Origin: Candidatus Latescibacterota bacterium
GTDB lineage: Bacteria > Latescibacterota > UBA2968 > GCA-2709665
DNA length: 64,000 nucleotides
Direction: 5' to 3'
NCBI GenBank assembly: GCA_965226795.1
Contig: CBDDDZ010000005.1
Coordinates: forward strand, 704,001 to 768,000
Within the stretch, counting starts at the first letter, position 1, and every line of letters starts with the position of its first letter. The notes beneath the pieces are model-generated. The model did not search any database. It worked only from the letters and a program-made list of their open reading frames with translations, and was not told the origin of the DNA. Positions 10,753 to 20,537 of this stretch are shown one piece after another. A program made the translations under genes and the position numbers.

Positions 10753-11475
10753 TCAGGCGTACGTCTCGGCGTCGTCTTCGGGGGCGTAGCCGAGTTCCTC
10801 GCGGGCGTTTCGGAGGTCCCAGTATGCGCGGGTATTGTTCGATATGCCGTAGTAAATGCCGAAGTGAACTTCGGTTTCGATGCTGCATCTCACGAGTTGA
10901 ACGGTATCGCGGTGGCTGAGCCAGGACGCGAGGATCCGGTCGCTCGCGCGATTGATGACGGATTCAGCGGGCTGGAAGGAACCGATGCGCAGGCAGATAA
11001 CCGATAGTCCGAAGGCGTCCGCGTAGTAACGGCCCAGGTCTTCTCCGTAGGCTTTGCTGGCGCCGTAGAAACTGTCCGGCCGCGCGTTCACCTCGGTCGT
11101 CGTTCCGATGCCGTTTTTTTCGTAGTATCCGGTCACGTGGTTGCTGCTGGCGAACACGACGCGTTCGACGCCCGTCCGCCGGGTCGCTTCGTAGACGGTG
11201 TACGTGCCGCGGATGTTAGCCTCGAGGATGTCTTCGAAGGAGGCGTTCCCGTTCGGATTCCCGGCCATGTGTACAACGGCGTCCACGCCGTCCACCGCTT
11301 CCACCACTTTGTCCATATCCGTAATACTAGAAATATGCACCTCTTCATCGGGTCGGGCCGGCAGGATGGCGTTGTGGTAAAGCAGCCTGAGGCGGTAGTC
11401 GTCCCTTAATCCTTCTCGCAGAACGCGGCTGATCCTGCCGGCAGCGCCTGTGATGAGGATTTTCTTTTTTTCCAC
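10753..11475 (-). CDS. NAD-dependent epimerase/dehydrogenase (uronate dehydrogenase-like)
   Basis: ILITGAAGRI, FASSNH, YGASK, LRIGS; GTG start at 11475 inside a longer ORF. Confidence 0.85.
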   Translation of the reverse strand: MEKKKILITGAAGRISRVLREGLRDDYRLRLLYHNAILPARPDEEVHISSITDMDKVVEAVDGVDAVVHMAGNPNGNASFEDILEANIRGTYTVYEATRRTGVERVVFASSNHVTGYYEKNGIGTTTEVNARPDSFYGASKAYGEDLGRYYADAFGLSVICLRIGSFQPAESVINRASDRILASWLSHRDTVQLVRCSIETEVHFGIYYGISNNTRAYWDLRNAREELGYAPEDDAETYA

Positions 11476-11753
11476 GCGTAGCCTCTCAAATAGGCCGTGA
11501 GTGCAGATCGGCTGGCCCCGCGACCCGGATCGATAATACGTAGATATGACGCTCTGCCGGCGGGGAACGTGTGTCGTCTTCCGGACATTGTCCTGCACAA
11601 TATGTACTCCGGACGGCTCTCGGTCAAATCTGCCGTAAAGCGAAGGGTCGTCCGGGACCCGGTTCCGCCGCGGCATTCCCGGAAGGGCACACTGGGGCGT
11701 CCATGCCTGCAGGATGTTGTCGGTGAGGGATGGTCTGCTCGTCCGGTCGGGCC

Positions 11754-12590
11754 TTACAATGGCTTGACATCGGCCCATTCGGGAAGGAGCCTGGCGGCAT
11801 TGTTCCAGAGAATGTCTCTCATGGTCTTTTCGGAAAGATCGGCGCCCAGGGTCTTTCCAAGGCATTGGCCGAACAGGCGGACCGGCAGGTCCGACGCGAA
11901 GACGACGCGTCCGCCTCCCAGGGCGTCCACGGCGGTTTCTACAATGCCGGTCTCGGGATCCCCGCCGCCGGTGTCCACCACCAGGTTGGGGCAGTCCACG
12001 ACGTGCTCGATGCCCCTGAGCCCGCATCCATTGAGGTGGGCCATGATGATTTTCGCGCAGGGGTGTCGGCGAGCCAGGTCGGCCACGTCCTGAGGAAAGG
12101 ATTCGCCTGGCAGGTTGCCGGTGGTTTTGTCCCACGCATGCTGCAGAACGGGGACGCCGAGTTCGGCGGCGCGTTGCATAATCGGATCCAGGCCGGGGTC
12201 GGTGGCTCGGCGTGCCACCCAGAGCTTGATGCCGCACATGCGCTCTTTTATGATACAGCGGTCTATTTCGTCGACGGAATGGTCGGGATAGGCCGGATTC
12301 ACGTAGCAGAAGGGCAGGAAGGCCTCGGGCGCGAGATCGCGCATCCGCAGGTTGTAGTCGTTGCCGTCGCGGCAGTGTTGCATTGCGGGTTCATGGAGGC
12401 GGCTGCCTGCCCCCGATGCGGGATGCAGCAGAAAGATGCACATTTTCGTAATCCCGGCGCGTCTGGCGGCTTCCAGGATTTTGTGAGCGTCGGTTTGCAC
12501 GGAGGGCGCGCCGGGTCCGAGAGGGTGAACGTGCACGTCCAGGACGTCACAGGGCGGCTTCAGTTTGTCTCTCAACGTCGAAAGGTTCAC
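11754..12590 (-). CDS. Amidohydrolase-family protein
   Basis: DVHVH, LQH, MAH, FASD motifs. Confidence 0.88.
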   Translation of the reverse strand: MNLSTLRDKLKPPCDVLDVHVHPLGPGAPSVQTDAHKILEAARRAGITKMCIFLLHPASGAGSRLHEPAMQHCRDGNDYNLRMRDLAPEAFLPFCYVNPAYPDHSVDEIDRCIIKERMCGIKLWVARRATDPGLDPIMQRAAELGVPVLQHAWDKTTGNLPGESFPQDVADLARRHPCAKIIMAHLNGCGLRGIEHVVDCPNLVVDTGGGDPETGIVETAVDALGGGRVVFASDLPVRLFGQCLGKTLGADLSEKTMRDILWNNAARLLPEWADVKPL

Positions 12591-12603
12591 GCCTACCCCC
12601 TTT

Positions 12604-13356
12604 TTACCAGTTGACGATTCGCTCGGCATTCCCGCCGAGGATGGCTGCGGCATCGACGTCGGAGAGGTCGGTGACCACACGCGAAAGGGCTGAGTAGGGG
12701 ATGAAAAGGGGAGCGTGTGAGCCGAACAGCAATCTGTCTCTCAGGCCGTCTTCGACCAGAACTTTTACCGCATCCATGCCGTCCGACTGGGAAACGTCGG
12801 CGTAGAGGTTGGGCAGGTCAAGAAGTCTGTCTTTAAGCGCCCTGATCTCACCCGTGCGAGGGCCGCCGATGATGACGAGAAGATCGGAGTGGCGTTCCGC
12901 GGCGTCCGCGATTTCGGCGGCTGGGACGTCGGGTACCTGGGCGAGCGGATGCTGCCGCCGGGGATCCTCGAGACGGGTCTGGACGATGACACCCAGCCCG
13001 GCGCCGGCGAGGGACGCGAACAGGTCGGACGCGAAGTCCATATCGTACCCGGAATAGGCGGGCAGGAGTTTGACCAGCCTGACCCGGGGCTGCGCTTTCG
13101 CCCGTTCGAGTTCGTCGCGCCACGTGGCGATGGTCGGATCCAGGACGGGTACGGGAAAGACGTCGTTGGTGGCGCCCGACGCGGCGTAGAGGTCGTCGTT
13201 GTACCGATGGGGGTTGCGGCACCACGCGGCGTCGAGGGGTGACACGCAGATGCGTTCCACGCCGTAGTCCGTGAGGGACGCGCGCACGCGGTCCAGGGCG
13301 CCGACAACGGGATGGGAGGGCCAGTGTCCGGTGTAGGCGTTGATGTCGATGATCAT
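12604..13356 (-). CDS. Amidohydrolase-fold protein with degenerate metal ligands
   Basis: DINAY in place of DxHxH; LFGSHAP; sits between two amidohydrolases. Confidence 0.75.
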   Translation of the reverse strand: MIIDINAYTGHWPSHPVVGALDRVRASLTDYGVERICVSPLDAAWCRNPHRYNDDLYAASGATNDVFPVPVLDPTIATWRDELERAKAQPRVRLVKLLPAYSGYDMDFASDLFASLAGAGLGVIVQTRLEDPRRQHPLAQVPDVPAAEIADAAERHSDLLVIIGGPRTGEIRALKDRLLDLPNLYADVSQSDGMDAVKVLVEDGLRDRLLFGSHAPLFIPYSALSRVVTDLSDVDAAAILGGNAERIVNW

Positions 13357-13428
13357 AGAGTTCTCCGTACGTAAATTGTATTCATTTCAGGCGAGAAGGA
13401 CCCGCCGCTCCGGGGCCGCAACGATCGG

Positions 13429-14262
13429 TCAGAGGGTTTCGACGCCGACCCACGCCGGCAGAAGGCGGGCGGTGTTATTCCACAGGATCTCTTTTTTCAC
13501 GGTGTCCGGGAGATCGGTGCCGAGCGTCTTGCCGAGTTGTACCCCGAAGTGGCGGATCGGGGCGTCGGAGCCGTAGACGATGCGCTCAGGCCCGATGGTT
13601 GATGCGGCCGCTTCGACGATTCCGCTGTCCGGGTCACCTCCCGAGGTGTCTACGTAAATGTTGGGACAGCCCGCCACGTCTTCCATGCCGGCAAGCCCGC
13701 AGCCATTCATGTGAGCCATGATGATGTTCGCCTTCGGGTGGCGCCGCGCCAGGTGAACCACGTCGGCGGGAAAGGACTCGCCCACAAGATTGCCGTCTGT
13801 TTTGATCCACGCGTGTTGCAGCACCGGAACACCGAATTGTACGGCGCGTTCCAGGATGGGATCCAGGCCCGGATCGGTGGCGCGGCGGGCGACCCACAAC
13901 TTGATGCCCCCCATGCGCTCGCTTTCGATACAGCGGTCGATTTCGGCAACGGATTCTGCGGGGTACATCGGATTGACATAACAGAAGGGGATGAAGGTAT
14001 CCGGTGCGAGATCACGCATGGCGAGGGCGTAGTCGTTGGCCCGCCTGCACTGCTCAACCGTCGGTTCTCTAGGGCAGGTGGTGTACAGCGAAAAAAGGCA
14101 CATCTTTTCCACCCCGGCGCGCGTGGCGGATTCGATAATGTGCCGCGCGTCTTCTCTGGCGTCGGCTATCCTGTAAAGACCGAAGCAATCCAGAGGATGA
14201 ACGTGGACGTCGAATGCCGGACATGGCGGTTTCAGGCGGTTCGTCAGTTGGGACGGCGTCAT
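13429..14262 (-). CDS. Amidohydrolase-family protein (paralogue of 11754-12590)
   Basis: DVHVH, LQH, MAH, YGSD; shares GIKLWVARRATDPGLDPI with the paralogue. Confidence 0.88.
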   Translation of the reverse strand: MTPSQLTNRLKPPCPAFDVHVHPLDCFGLYRIADAREDARHIIESATRAGVEKMCLFSLYTTCPREPTVEQCRRANDYALAMRDLAPDTFIPFCYVNPMYPAESVAEIDRCIESERMGGIKLWVARRATDPGLDPILERAVQFGVPVLQHAWIKTDGNLVGESFPADVVHLARRHPKANIIMAHMNGCGLAGMEDVAGCPNIYVDTSGGDPDSGIVEAAASTIGPERIVYGSDAPIRHFGVQLGKTLGTDLPDTVKKEILWNNTARLLPAWVGVETL

Positions 14263-14561
14263 CGCTTTTTCTCCGGGATAAAGCGTTCTTTACGTACTGA
14301 CACGGTTGCCGCGGTTGTTTTTTCCTATATTTCCCTTGCCCCTGCAATTGGTCCCATATATAATTAACCTACGGTGAATTGTCAGCAGATTTCGACCCTG
14401 CCAGCGCAGATACGGGATGTCGATCCCGTGTTATCACCGAACCCGAACTGCCTCGCTATTCGGAAGGCAAAAATGGATTCCTTCAACAAGCGGTCCTGAA
14501 GCGATACCGCACAGTCAGGGGCCCGTGCGCCGAGTGGTCGGACTCGGGCCCGTGGAAGAAG

Positions 14562-15371
14562 ATGAAAGCAATCGTTATCGCGGCGGGATACGCCACCCGA
14601 CTGTACCCGCTGACGGAAAATTTCCCGAAGGGGCTCCTCAAGGTAGGCGGGCGCGCGATCGTGGATTATCTGATGGATCAGATCGAGTCCGTTCCCGGTC
14701 TGGATGGGATCTATCTGATAACCAACAGGCGGTTCGCCGGCCATTTCGAGCGGTGGTCGGCCGCGCGGAACGGCCGCCTCGGCATTGACGTGATCGACGA
14801 CGGTACCACGTCCAACGAGAATCGGATGGGCGCGGTTGGGGACATCCGGTTCGCCATTCGGGCGCGGGCCATTTCGGATGACGTACTCGTATGCGGTTCG
14901 GACAATCTGTTCCGGTTTCGTCTGAAGGATCTGGTGGCGGACTTCCGTGCGAATCCGGTGGCGCACATCTGCGTGTGTCACGTGGACGATCCGGAGGACC
15001 GCAGGAGGCATGGGATAGCAATACTGGATGCCGGGAACCGGGTGGTGAAGTTTGCCGAAAAACCCGATGAACCGGAGTCGTCCTGGGGCTCCGCGGCCTT
15101 TTACGTATATCCGGCATCGACGCTGAAGCGGTTCGACGAGTATATCGACAGCGGGCGGACGCCGGATGCGCCGGGGCACTTCGTCGAGTGGCTTTGTCAG
15201 GTGGAGCCCGTGTATGCGCACAGGATACAGGGCTCGGCGATCGATATCGGGAGTCCCGAGGCGCTGGATCGTGCCCGGCGTGAATATGGCAGTACGGGCG
15301 GCTCGTGTTCTGACCCGGAAATAGATCCCCGAAATTCGGCCGACGTGTCGCCCGGCTCGAAAGGCGCCTGA
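14562..15371 (+). CDS. Sugar-phosphate nucleotidyltransferase family protein
   Basis: MKAIVIAAGYATRLYPLT..PKGLL, FAEKP, DIG. Confidence 0.88.
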   Translation: MKAIVIAAGYATRLYPLTENFPKGLLKVGGRAIVDYLMDQIESVPGLDGIYLITNRRFAGHFERWSAARNGRLGIDVIDDGTTSNENRMGAVGDIRFAIRARAISDDVLVCGSDNLFRFRLKDLVADFRANPVAHICVCHVDDPEDRRRHGIAILDAGNRVVKFAEKPDEPESSWGSAAFYVYPASTLKRFDEYIDSGRTPDAPGHFVEWLCQVEPVYAHRIQGSAIDIGSPEALDRARREYGSTGGSCSDPEIDPRNSADVSPGSKGA

Positions 15372-15404
15372 GCGAGGCGACCCGCGGAAGGCCGGCGGGC
15401 GCGT

Positions 15405-15577
15405 TTCGATAGGCTCAACGCACGCAACTCCCGCAACGCCCACAGTTAACGACATTGGGCCAGCACCTTGAGCCGCTCCTTGAGCCTGTCGAAGGTTAGC
15501 GAAACGTGGGCATTTCGACAAGCTCAATGCCCACGTTTCGACAAGCCGTTTCGACACGCTTGCTTCGACAGGCTAAG
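15405..15577. repeat. Cluster of REP-like TTCGAC(A)RGCTCA motifs in both orientations
   Basis: Copies at about 15405, 15480 (inverted), 15514, 15537, 15550, 15564. Confidence 0.7.
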
Positions 15578-15617
15578 TACCGGCAACGCACGCAACGCAC
15601 ACGATTGGGGTGGGTAT

Positions 15618-17075
15618 ATGGGCCGCCGCGTTTTCAAAGGCGCGATATTTCTCCTGCTGATTCCAGTTGCGGTGTCTGCACATAGTCTGGGCGCGGATTT
15701 CGACGGAGACCGAGAGGTGGGGTTTTCCGATTTCCTGCTGTTTGCCAAATCGTACGGATCAACAAATGCCCGATTCGACCTGAATGACGACGGCCGGGTG
15801 GACTTCGACGATTTTCTATTGTTCTCCAAGGATTACGGTAAGGTCGCGCACGAGGAGGGAGAGACGGAGGTGGGGGGTGTCCGCTCGACGTTCGAGGCGA
15901 TACAGGACCACATATTCAACGAAAGTTGCATCAGCAGTTCCTGCCACAGTTCGGCATGGGCAGCCGCCGGGCTATCGCTCGAACCGGACGTGGCATACGA
16001 TCAACTGGTGGGGCGGATACCACAGAACGCGGCGGCGCGGGAAGACGGAATGCTGCTGATCAAGGCGGGGGATCCCAAACAGAGTTTTCTAATGACAAAG
16101 CTGACCGGGTCCGGGGTAGGCTACGGCGATCCGATGCCCAGGTCGTATTCCAGTCTGAGCGGTGTCGCGATCGACGCGATTCGGGCCTGGATCGCGGCGG
16201 GGGCTCACCGGGATAGCGTGGTGGCGAATGCGCCGGACCTGGACCGGGTGCTGCACAGGACGGAGTTTTATTTTGAACCGCCAGCGCCGCCCCCGCGGGG
16301 TGTACAGCTACACCTGAGGCCATTTGCGATCGCGCCACGGTCGGAGCGGGAGATTTTTTCGACGATACGGCTGGGTGCGGCCGAAGACCTGATGGTGAAC
16401 AAGATCGAAGTGGTGCAGCCGCAGGGCAGCCATCATTTCATCATCTATCGGGCAACGGACGAGAACCCGCCGCCGCCTGGCATTCGAGACCTGGATCCGA
16501 TCGATCCCTTGCAGGCTCTCGGGATCTTCAACAAACGGTTTATCGTGGGCAGCCAGTCGTCGAAGGCCGTGTTCGAGTTTCCACGCGGCATTGCCATTCC
16601 GATGCCCGCGGATGCAGTCTACGAACTGAACTCCCATTTCGTGAATACGTCGGGTGAGAGTACCCTCATCGGCGAGGTGTACGTCAATCTGCATACGATA
16701 CCCGCCGACAGCGTCAAAACGGTGACAAGACCCATCTTTGTCAGTAATTTCGGCATTCGGGTTCCGTCGGGTCAAACGGTGACCACCGGTAACGACTGGA
16801 CGCTGCAGCAAGACGTCAACGTGATCATGCTGTCCTCGCACATGCATCGCCATGGCCGGCGGTTCGATATTTTCCTGGGTGACGAACGGATCTACCGGAG
16901 CGAGGAATGGGACGAGCCAGTGACACTCGTGTTCAATCCTGCACTTGAGGTTAAAGCGGGAGAAAGGGTGAGATTCGAGTGTACCCACGAAAATGACGAC
17001 AAGGATTTCACCATTCGATTCGGATTTACGGCTGAAAACGACGAAATGTGCATCATGCTGGGGTATTACTATTGA
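15618..17075 (+). CDS. Secreted protein: EF-hand/dockerin-like pair, cytochrome c-like domain, copper type II monooxygenase-like domain
   Basis: Signal peptide; DFDGDREVGFSDF and DLNDDGRVDFDDF; CISSSCH...PMP; HH, H, HMH and EMC copper ligands. Confidence 0.75.
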   Translation: MGRRVFKGAIFLLLIPVAVSAHSLGADFDGDREVGFSDFLLFAKSYGSTNARFDLNDDGRVDFDDFLLFSKDYGKVAHEEGETEVGGVRSTFEAIQDHIFNESCISSSCHSSAWAAAGLSLEPDVAYDQLVGRIPQNAAAREDGMLLIKAGDPKQSFLMTKLTGSGVGYGDPMPRSYSSLSGVAIDAIRAWIAAGAHRDSVVANAPDLDRVLHRTEFYFEPPAPPPRGVQLHLRPFAIAPRSEREIFSTIRLGAAEDLMVNKIEVVQPQGSHHFIIYRATDENPPPPGIRDLDPIDPLQALGIFNKRFIVGSQSSKAVFEFPRGIAIPMPADAVYELNSHFVNTSGESTLIGEVYVNLHTIPADSVKTVTRPIFVSNFGIRVPSGQTVTTGNDWTLQQDVNVIMLSSHMHRHGRRFDIFLGDERIYRSEEWDEPVTLVFNPALEVKAGERVRFECTHENDDKDFTIRFGFTAENDEMCIMLGYYY

Positions 17076-17146
17076 GAAACCCGGGATCGGGTTACCACGA
17101 AGGGATGCGCTCCAGGCGCAATCTCGGACAGGTGGCGCGGGATCTC

Positions 17147-17917
17147 TCAGGCGACGTTCCGCAGGACCTCTTCAAGCAAGACCCCGTTGGTGGAAATGGC
17201 TTCTCCGCCCCGAATGGTCGCGTTTCCGCTCCAGTCCGTAAACGTGCCGCCCGCTTCCTCCAGAATGGGCTGCAATGCGGCGCAGTCCCACACCGCCATA
17301 ACGGGGTCCAGCATGATTTCCGCACGGCCGGTGGCGACCAGGATGTGACCGTAACAATCGCCCCATCCCCGGCAGTAGGCGACCTTTCCTGCGAGGTTTC
17401 GGTACGCGCCATCCTTGCCGTATTCGGCAAACGATTCGAAGTCGGTCGCACACAACAGGGCGTCTTCCAGACGTGAGACCCCGGATACGCTTGCCGGCCG
17501 GCCGTTCCACATGCAGCCCGAACCTCTGGCGGCGCAGACCATCTCGTTCATGGCAGGGAGATTGACCACGCCCACGGACGGGACGCCGCCGATTTCCACG
17601 CAGATCATCACGCCGTAGAGTGGAACGCCGTGCACGAAGGACCTGGTGCCGTCGATCGGGTCGATGATCCAGCGACGGCCGGTCCGGCCGGTCCGGTCGC
17701 CGAATTCCTCTCCGACGATGGCATCGTCCGGGAAGCTGTCCTTTATCAACTCGGCGATCCGTCTTTCCGCGGCGCGGTCGGCTTCTGTAACGGGGCTATT
17801 GTCGGACTTTCTGTCAACGTGCACACCTGTCTGGAAGTGCCGAAGGGTAATGCGGCCCGCCTGCCAGGCCGCATGGGTGCTGAAAGCCAGGAGATCCTGG
17901 AGAGAAGGCTCTGCCAT
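17147..17917 (-). CDS. hisN: Inositol monophosphatase family, histidinol-phosphatase-like
   Basis: GEE, WIIDPIDGT, WGDCYG, WDCAAL..ILEEAGG. Confidence 0.75.
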   Translation of the reverse strand: MAEPSLQDLLAFSTHAAWQAGRITLRHFQTGVHVDRKSDNSPVTEADRAAERRIAELIKDSFPDDAIVGEEFGDRTGRTGRRWIIDPIDGTRSFVHGVPLYGVMICVEIGGVPSVGVVNLPAMNEMVCAARGSGCMWNGRPASVSGVSRLEDALLCATDFESFAEYGKDGAYRNLAGKVAYCRGWGDCYGHILVATGRAEIMLDPVMAVWDCAALQPILEEAGGTFTDWSGNATIRGGEAISTNGVLLEEVLRNVA

Positions 17918-18107
17918 GGGCGTCCCTTTCGCTGTTTTTCGAGGTGCAATGCCTCTATCCGGCTGTCCGCCTCCGCACGGCGGAATTGAGCCGGGGTTGA
18001 TCCGTTCGTGGCTGGAATGTATGCAGGTGTCGGAAAGATGTCAAGTCCGCGCCGGCAATGCGCAGAGTTCTGCTTGCGTTTTCGGCACGGAATAGTTATA
18101 TTTTTCT

Positions 18108-18248
18108 GTGGTGGCTGAATCTTTAGGATTCAACCTCTAAAAGTGCCTTGAATCTACGTAAGGGTGACCCAACCGGAAGTTATTCCACAGGTTACTGTGG
18201 AACTTCGTCAATAATTTTCGGCGCCTGGTAGGTTAGGCGCTTTTTTAT
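18108..18248 (+). ncRNA. Candidate sRNA or terminator-containing leader
   Basis: TTGCGT-17-TATATT promoter at 18074-18102, two hairpins, then GCGCCT/AGGCGC + U6 terminator; no ORF on this strand. Confidence 0.4.
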
Positions 18249-18366
18249 TCCTAATAGCGTCGCCGTTCTGCGAGGGGAATGTGCCGTGCGTTTCGAGCTT
18301 GTCGAAGCCTGTGTAGAGGGTGTACAGCAGGCGCGCCCGCGCGTGCGGACTAAGCGGGAGGTCCCC

Positions 18367-19140
18367 ATGCTGGACGTCGAGATTGTAGAGCCTGTGCAAG
18401 TGGAGAAAGCGGCCCGGATCTTTCACCGGGACGGATTTGTCGTGATGCGAAATGCATTAACGGCTGAGCAACTGGCATATGCAAGGTCGGGTGCGGAGCG
18501 CGTGATCGCACAGCAGACGGCGGCCATTCCACTGGAGGATGCGAACCGCGGGTATGCACGCTACTCTTTCGGCCCTCAACTCCACCATCCGGAGTGGGTG
18601 CAACTGATCGATTTGAAAACGGTTTTGCCGGTTCTGGAAGCAATCTGGCAGAGCAGTGGCTTCTATTGCTGGGGCGGTGGGGGAGACTACTCGCTGCCGG
18701 GAGCGGAGATTCAGAAATTGCACGCGGATACCGGGGACATGCTCCGTGATCCGCAGGGACGTGTGACCGTTATGGATCTGCCCACGCCGATAATCGTGGT
18801 TAATTTCCCGATGGTGGATTTTTCAGAAGTCAATGGCGCCACCCGGTTTGTGCCCGGTACGCACCGTTGCCGGCATCCGGTGCCCCCCCTGGAAGAGGAA
18901 CCTGAATGGATGAAACGGTCTATCGTCTGTGGACCGGCCGGAGGGGCGGTGATTCGCGACATACGCTGCTGGCACGGAGGCACGGCCAACCGGTCGGATG
19001 AGATCCGCCCGATGACCAGCGTGGGTTATGCGGCGCCCTGGTTTCTGCGGTTCAGAAAGGACAATCTTCTGCCCCGGGCCGTGTACGATGCCCTGTCGGA
19101 GCGGGCCATGCAACTGACGCGATTCATCGTGGAAGTCTGA
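18367..19140 (+). CDS. PhyH-family Fe(II)/2-oxoglutarate dioxygenase
   Basis: LHAD, NGATRFVPGTH, WHGGTAN..R. Confidence 0.88.
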   Translation: MLDVEIVEPVQVEKAARIFHRDGFVVMRNALTAEQLAYARSGAERVIAQQTAAIPLEDANRGYARYSFGPQLHHPEWVQLIDLKTVLPVLEAIWQSSGFYCWGGGGDYSLPGAEIQKLHADTGDMLRDPQGRVTVMDLPTPIIVVNFPMVDFSEVNGATRFVPGTHRCRHPVPPLEEEPEWMKRSIVCGPAGGAVIRDIRCWHGGTANRSDEIRPMTSVGYAAPWFLRFRKDNLLPRAVYDALSERAMQLTRFIVEV

Positions 19141-19258
19141 GTAGGGACAATAGCGACATGGCATGGGGATGAATGGGGCGGCAGGGCGCTGAAAAACAGT
19201 TGTTTCCGGATTGCGGCTGGATCCGGATCAAGTCAATTCGGAGTGAGCCGTCGTAGTG

Positions 19259-19289
19259 GGGCGCAACCTGTGGTTGCGCCCTTTTTTTT
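19259..19289 (+). terminator. Intrinsic terminator
   Basis: GGGCGCAACC/GGTTGCGCCC stem followed by T8, between convergent genes. Confidence 0.7.
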
Positions 19290-19292
19290 GCA

Positions 19293-20312
19293 TCAGAGTT
19301 CAAATCCGATTTCTTGCAGTGTCACCTGTTCTCCGGCATTGTGCGCTTTGCAGGCTGCGGTGGAAACCGCGACGCTTTCCAGGATTTCAGGGTAGGGAAT
19401 CGGAGGCTGGCGGGTTTCCACCAGCTTCCTGATCAGTTTGATGTTCTCGTAGGCGCCGCAGGGAAAGACATAGTCGCCGAGCGGCGCCGAATGTATATCG
19501 CCCACGTTGCCAAAGGCGCTGGCGTAGAAGGCGCAGTGGTAGGTTTCTCCCGTGTCGCAGCTGAGCAATGCGCCGCATCGGGGAAAGCGGGGTCCGTCCG
19601 GGTAGATGAGGTGCATGAAGCCGCCCGTGTTTTTCCCCATGGATTCTACGGCCCGCACCCCGGGACCAAACAGGTTCTGAGCCAGGCAGATGGCGTGGAT
19701 CTGACCGGCCATGGAGGGACCTCCCCCACGGATGGAGACGAATTCCAGGTTGCCCACTTCCGGAAAGCGGGCGGCGAATTGCCTGGCCTGGGGGAGGGTG
19801 TTCAGGATGGACCGCGATAGCAACGGGGCGTTGTGTTTTTGCGCCAGGCTGACGATAGCGTTCGCATTTTCCAGGCTGTTCGCGAGCGGTTTGTCGATAA
19901 AGGTGGGTACGCCTTTTTCGAGGCCTGGCCTGGCCAGTTCGAGATGGTCGGCCCCATCGTAATTGCAGTCTGCCACAAGAACAAGGTCCACGTCGTCCGA
20001 GACTTCGTGAAAATGGTCGCATACCCGCGGCCTGGAGGTGAAGACCTGCGCGAAGATATCGCCGACACCGGGATGTTCGTCCCACACGCGAGCGATTTCG
20101 AATTCGTGCAGGCAGGGAACGGTCATGCGGGTGGGGTCGCTGTAGAACGTATAAAAATAGAAGTGGGCCCCGCCGCTCATCCATGTGTACGGTGCGCCAG
20201 CGCTGTTTACCATGGGTTTCTGCAGGCGCAGGGGTGCGTGTTCGGCCATCAGTGCGCCATAATACATACCGTGCATGTCACAGCGGATCAGACCGACTCG
20301 GATTTTCTTCAT
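19293..20312 (-). CDS. Gfo/Idh/MocA-like oxidoreductase (divergent)
   Basis: KIRVGLI, HLELARPGLEKGVPTFIDKPLA. Confidence 0.8.
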   Translation of the reverse strand: MKKIRVGLIRCDMHGMYYGALMAEHAPLRLQKPMVNSAGAPYTWMSGGAHFYFYTFYSDPTRMTVPCLHEFEIARVWDEHPGVGDIFAQVFTSRPRVCDHFHEVSDDVDLVLVADCNYDGADHLELARPGLEKGVPTFIDKPLANSLENANAIVSLAQKHNAPLLSRSILNTLPQARQFAARFPEVGNLEFVSIRGGGPSMAGQIHAICLAQNLFGPGVRAVESMGKNTGGFMHLIYPDGPRFPRCGALLSCDTGETYHCAFYASAFGNVGDIHSAPLGDYVFPCGAYENIKLIRKLVETRQPPIPYPEILESVAVSTAACKAHNAGEQVTLQEIGFEL

Positions 20313-20421
20313 GGTATGTCTCCTCAAAACATCTGCACGATTACGCTCGACGATGAATGCAGGCACCTTCCCGCGGCTGCGAAAAGTACGAAAAAAATAG
20401 ACCAAAACAAGAAGTTTCTTC

Positions 20422-20450
20422 TTGAATACTGAACAAATGTTCAGTATATT
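20422..20450 (+). promoter_or_regulatory. Promoter with overlapping 22-bp palindromic operator (LexA-box-like)
   Basis: TTGAAT-17-TATATT; ATACTGAACA-AA-TGTTCAGTAT at 20426-20447. Confidence 0.7.
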
Positions 20451-20537
20451 GTGGAGTACTGGAGAACACTACATTTTTCCATGGCGTGTCATTTTTTCGC
20501 AAAAGGTCGGGTTACTTCAGTTCACGGAGGTTAGTTC

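Noticed and set aside
11476..12237. N-terminal half of the 494-aa ORF 10753..12237
   Set aside because: Arg/Pro-rich off-frame overlap of the amidohydrolase; the real gene starts near 11475. The same applies to the 27253..29160 extension
15405..15600. Repeats as a CRISPR array
   Set aside because: Short, mixed orientation, irregular spacing, and no cas genes in the window
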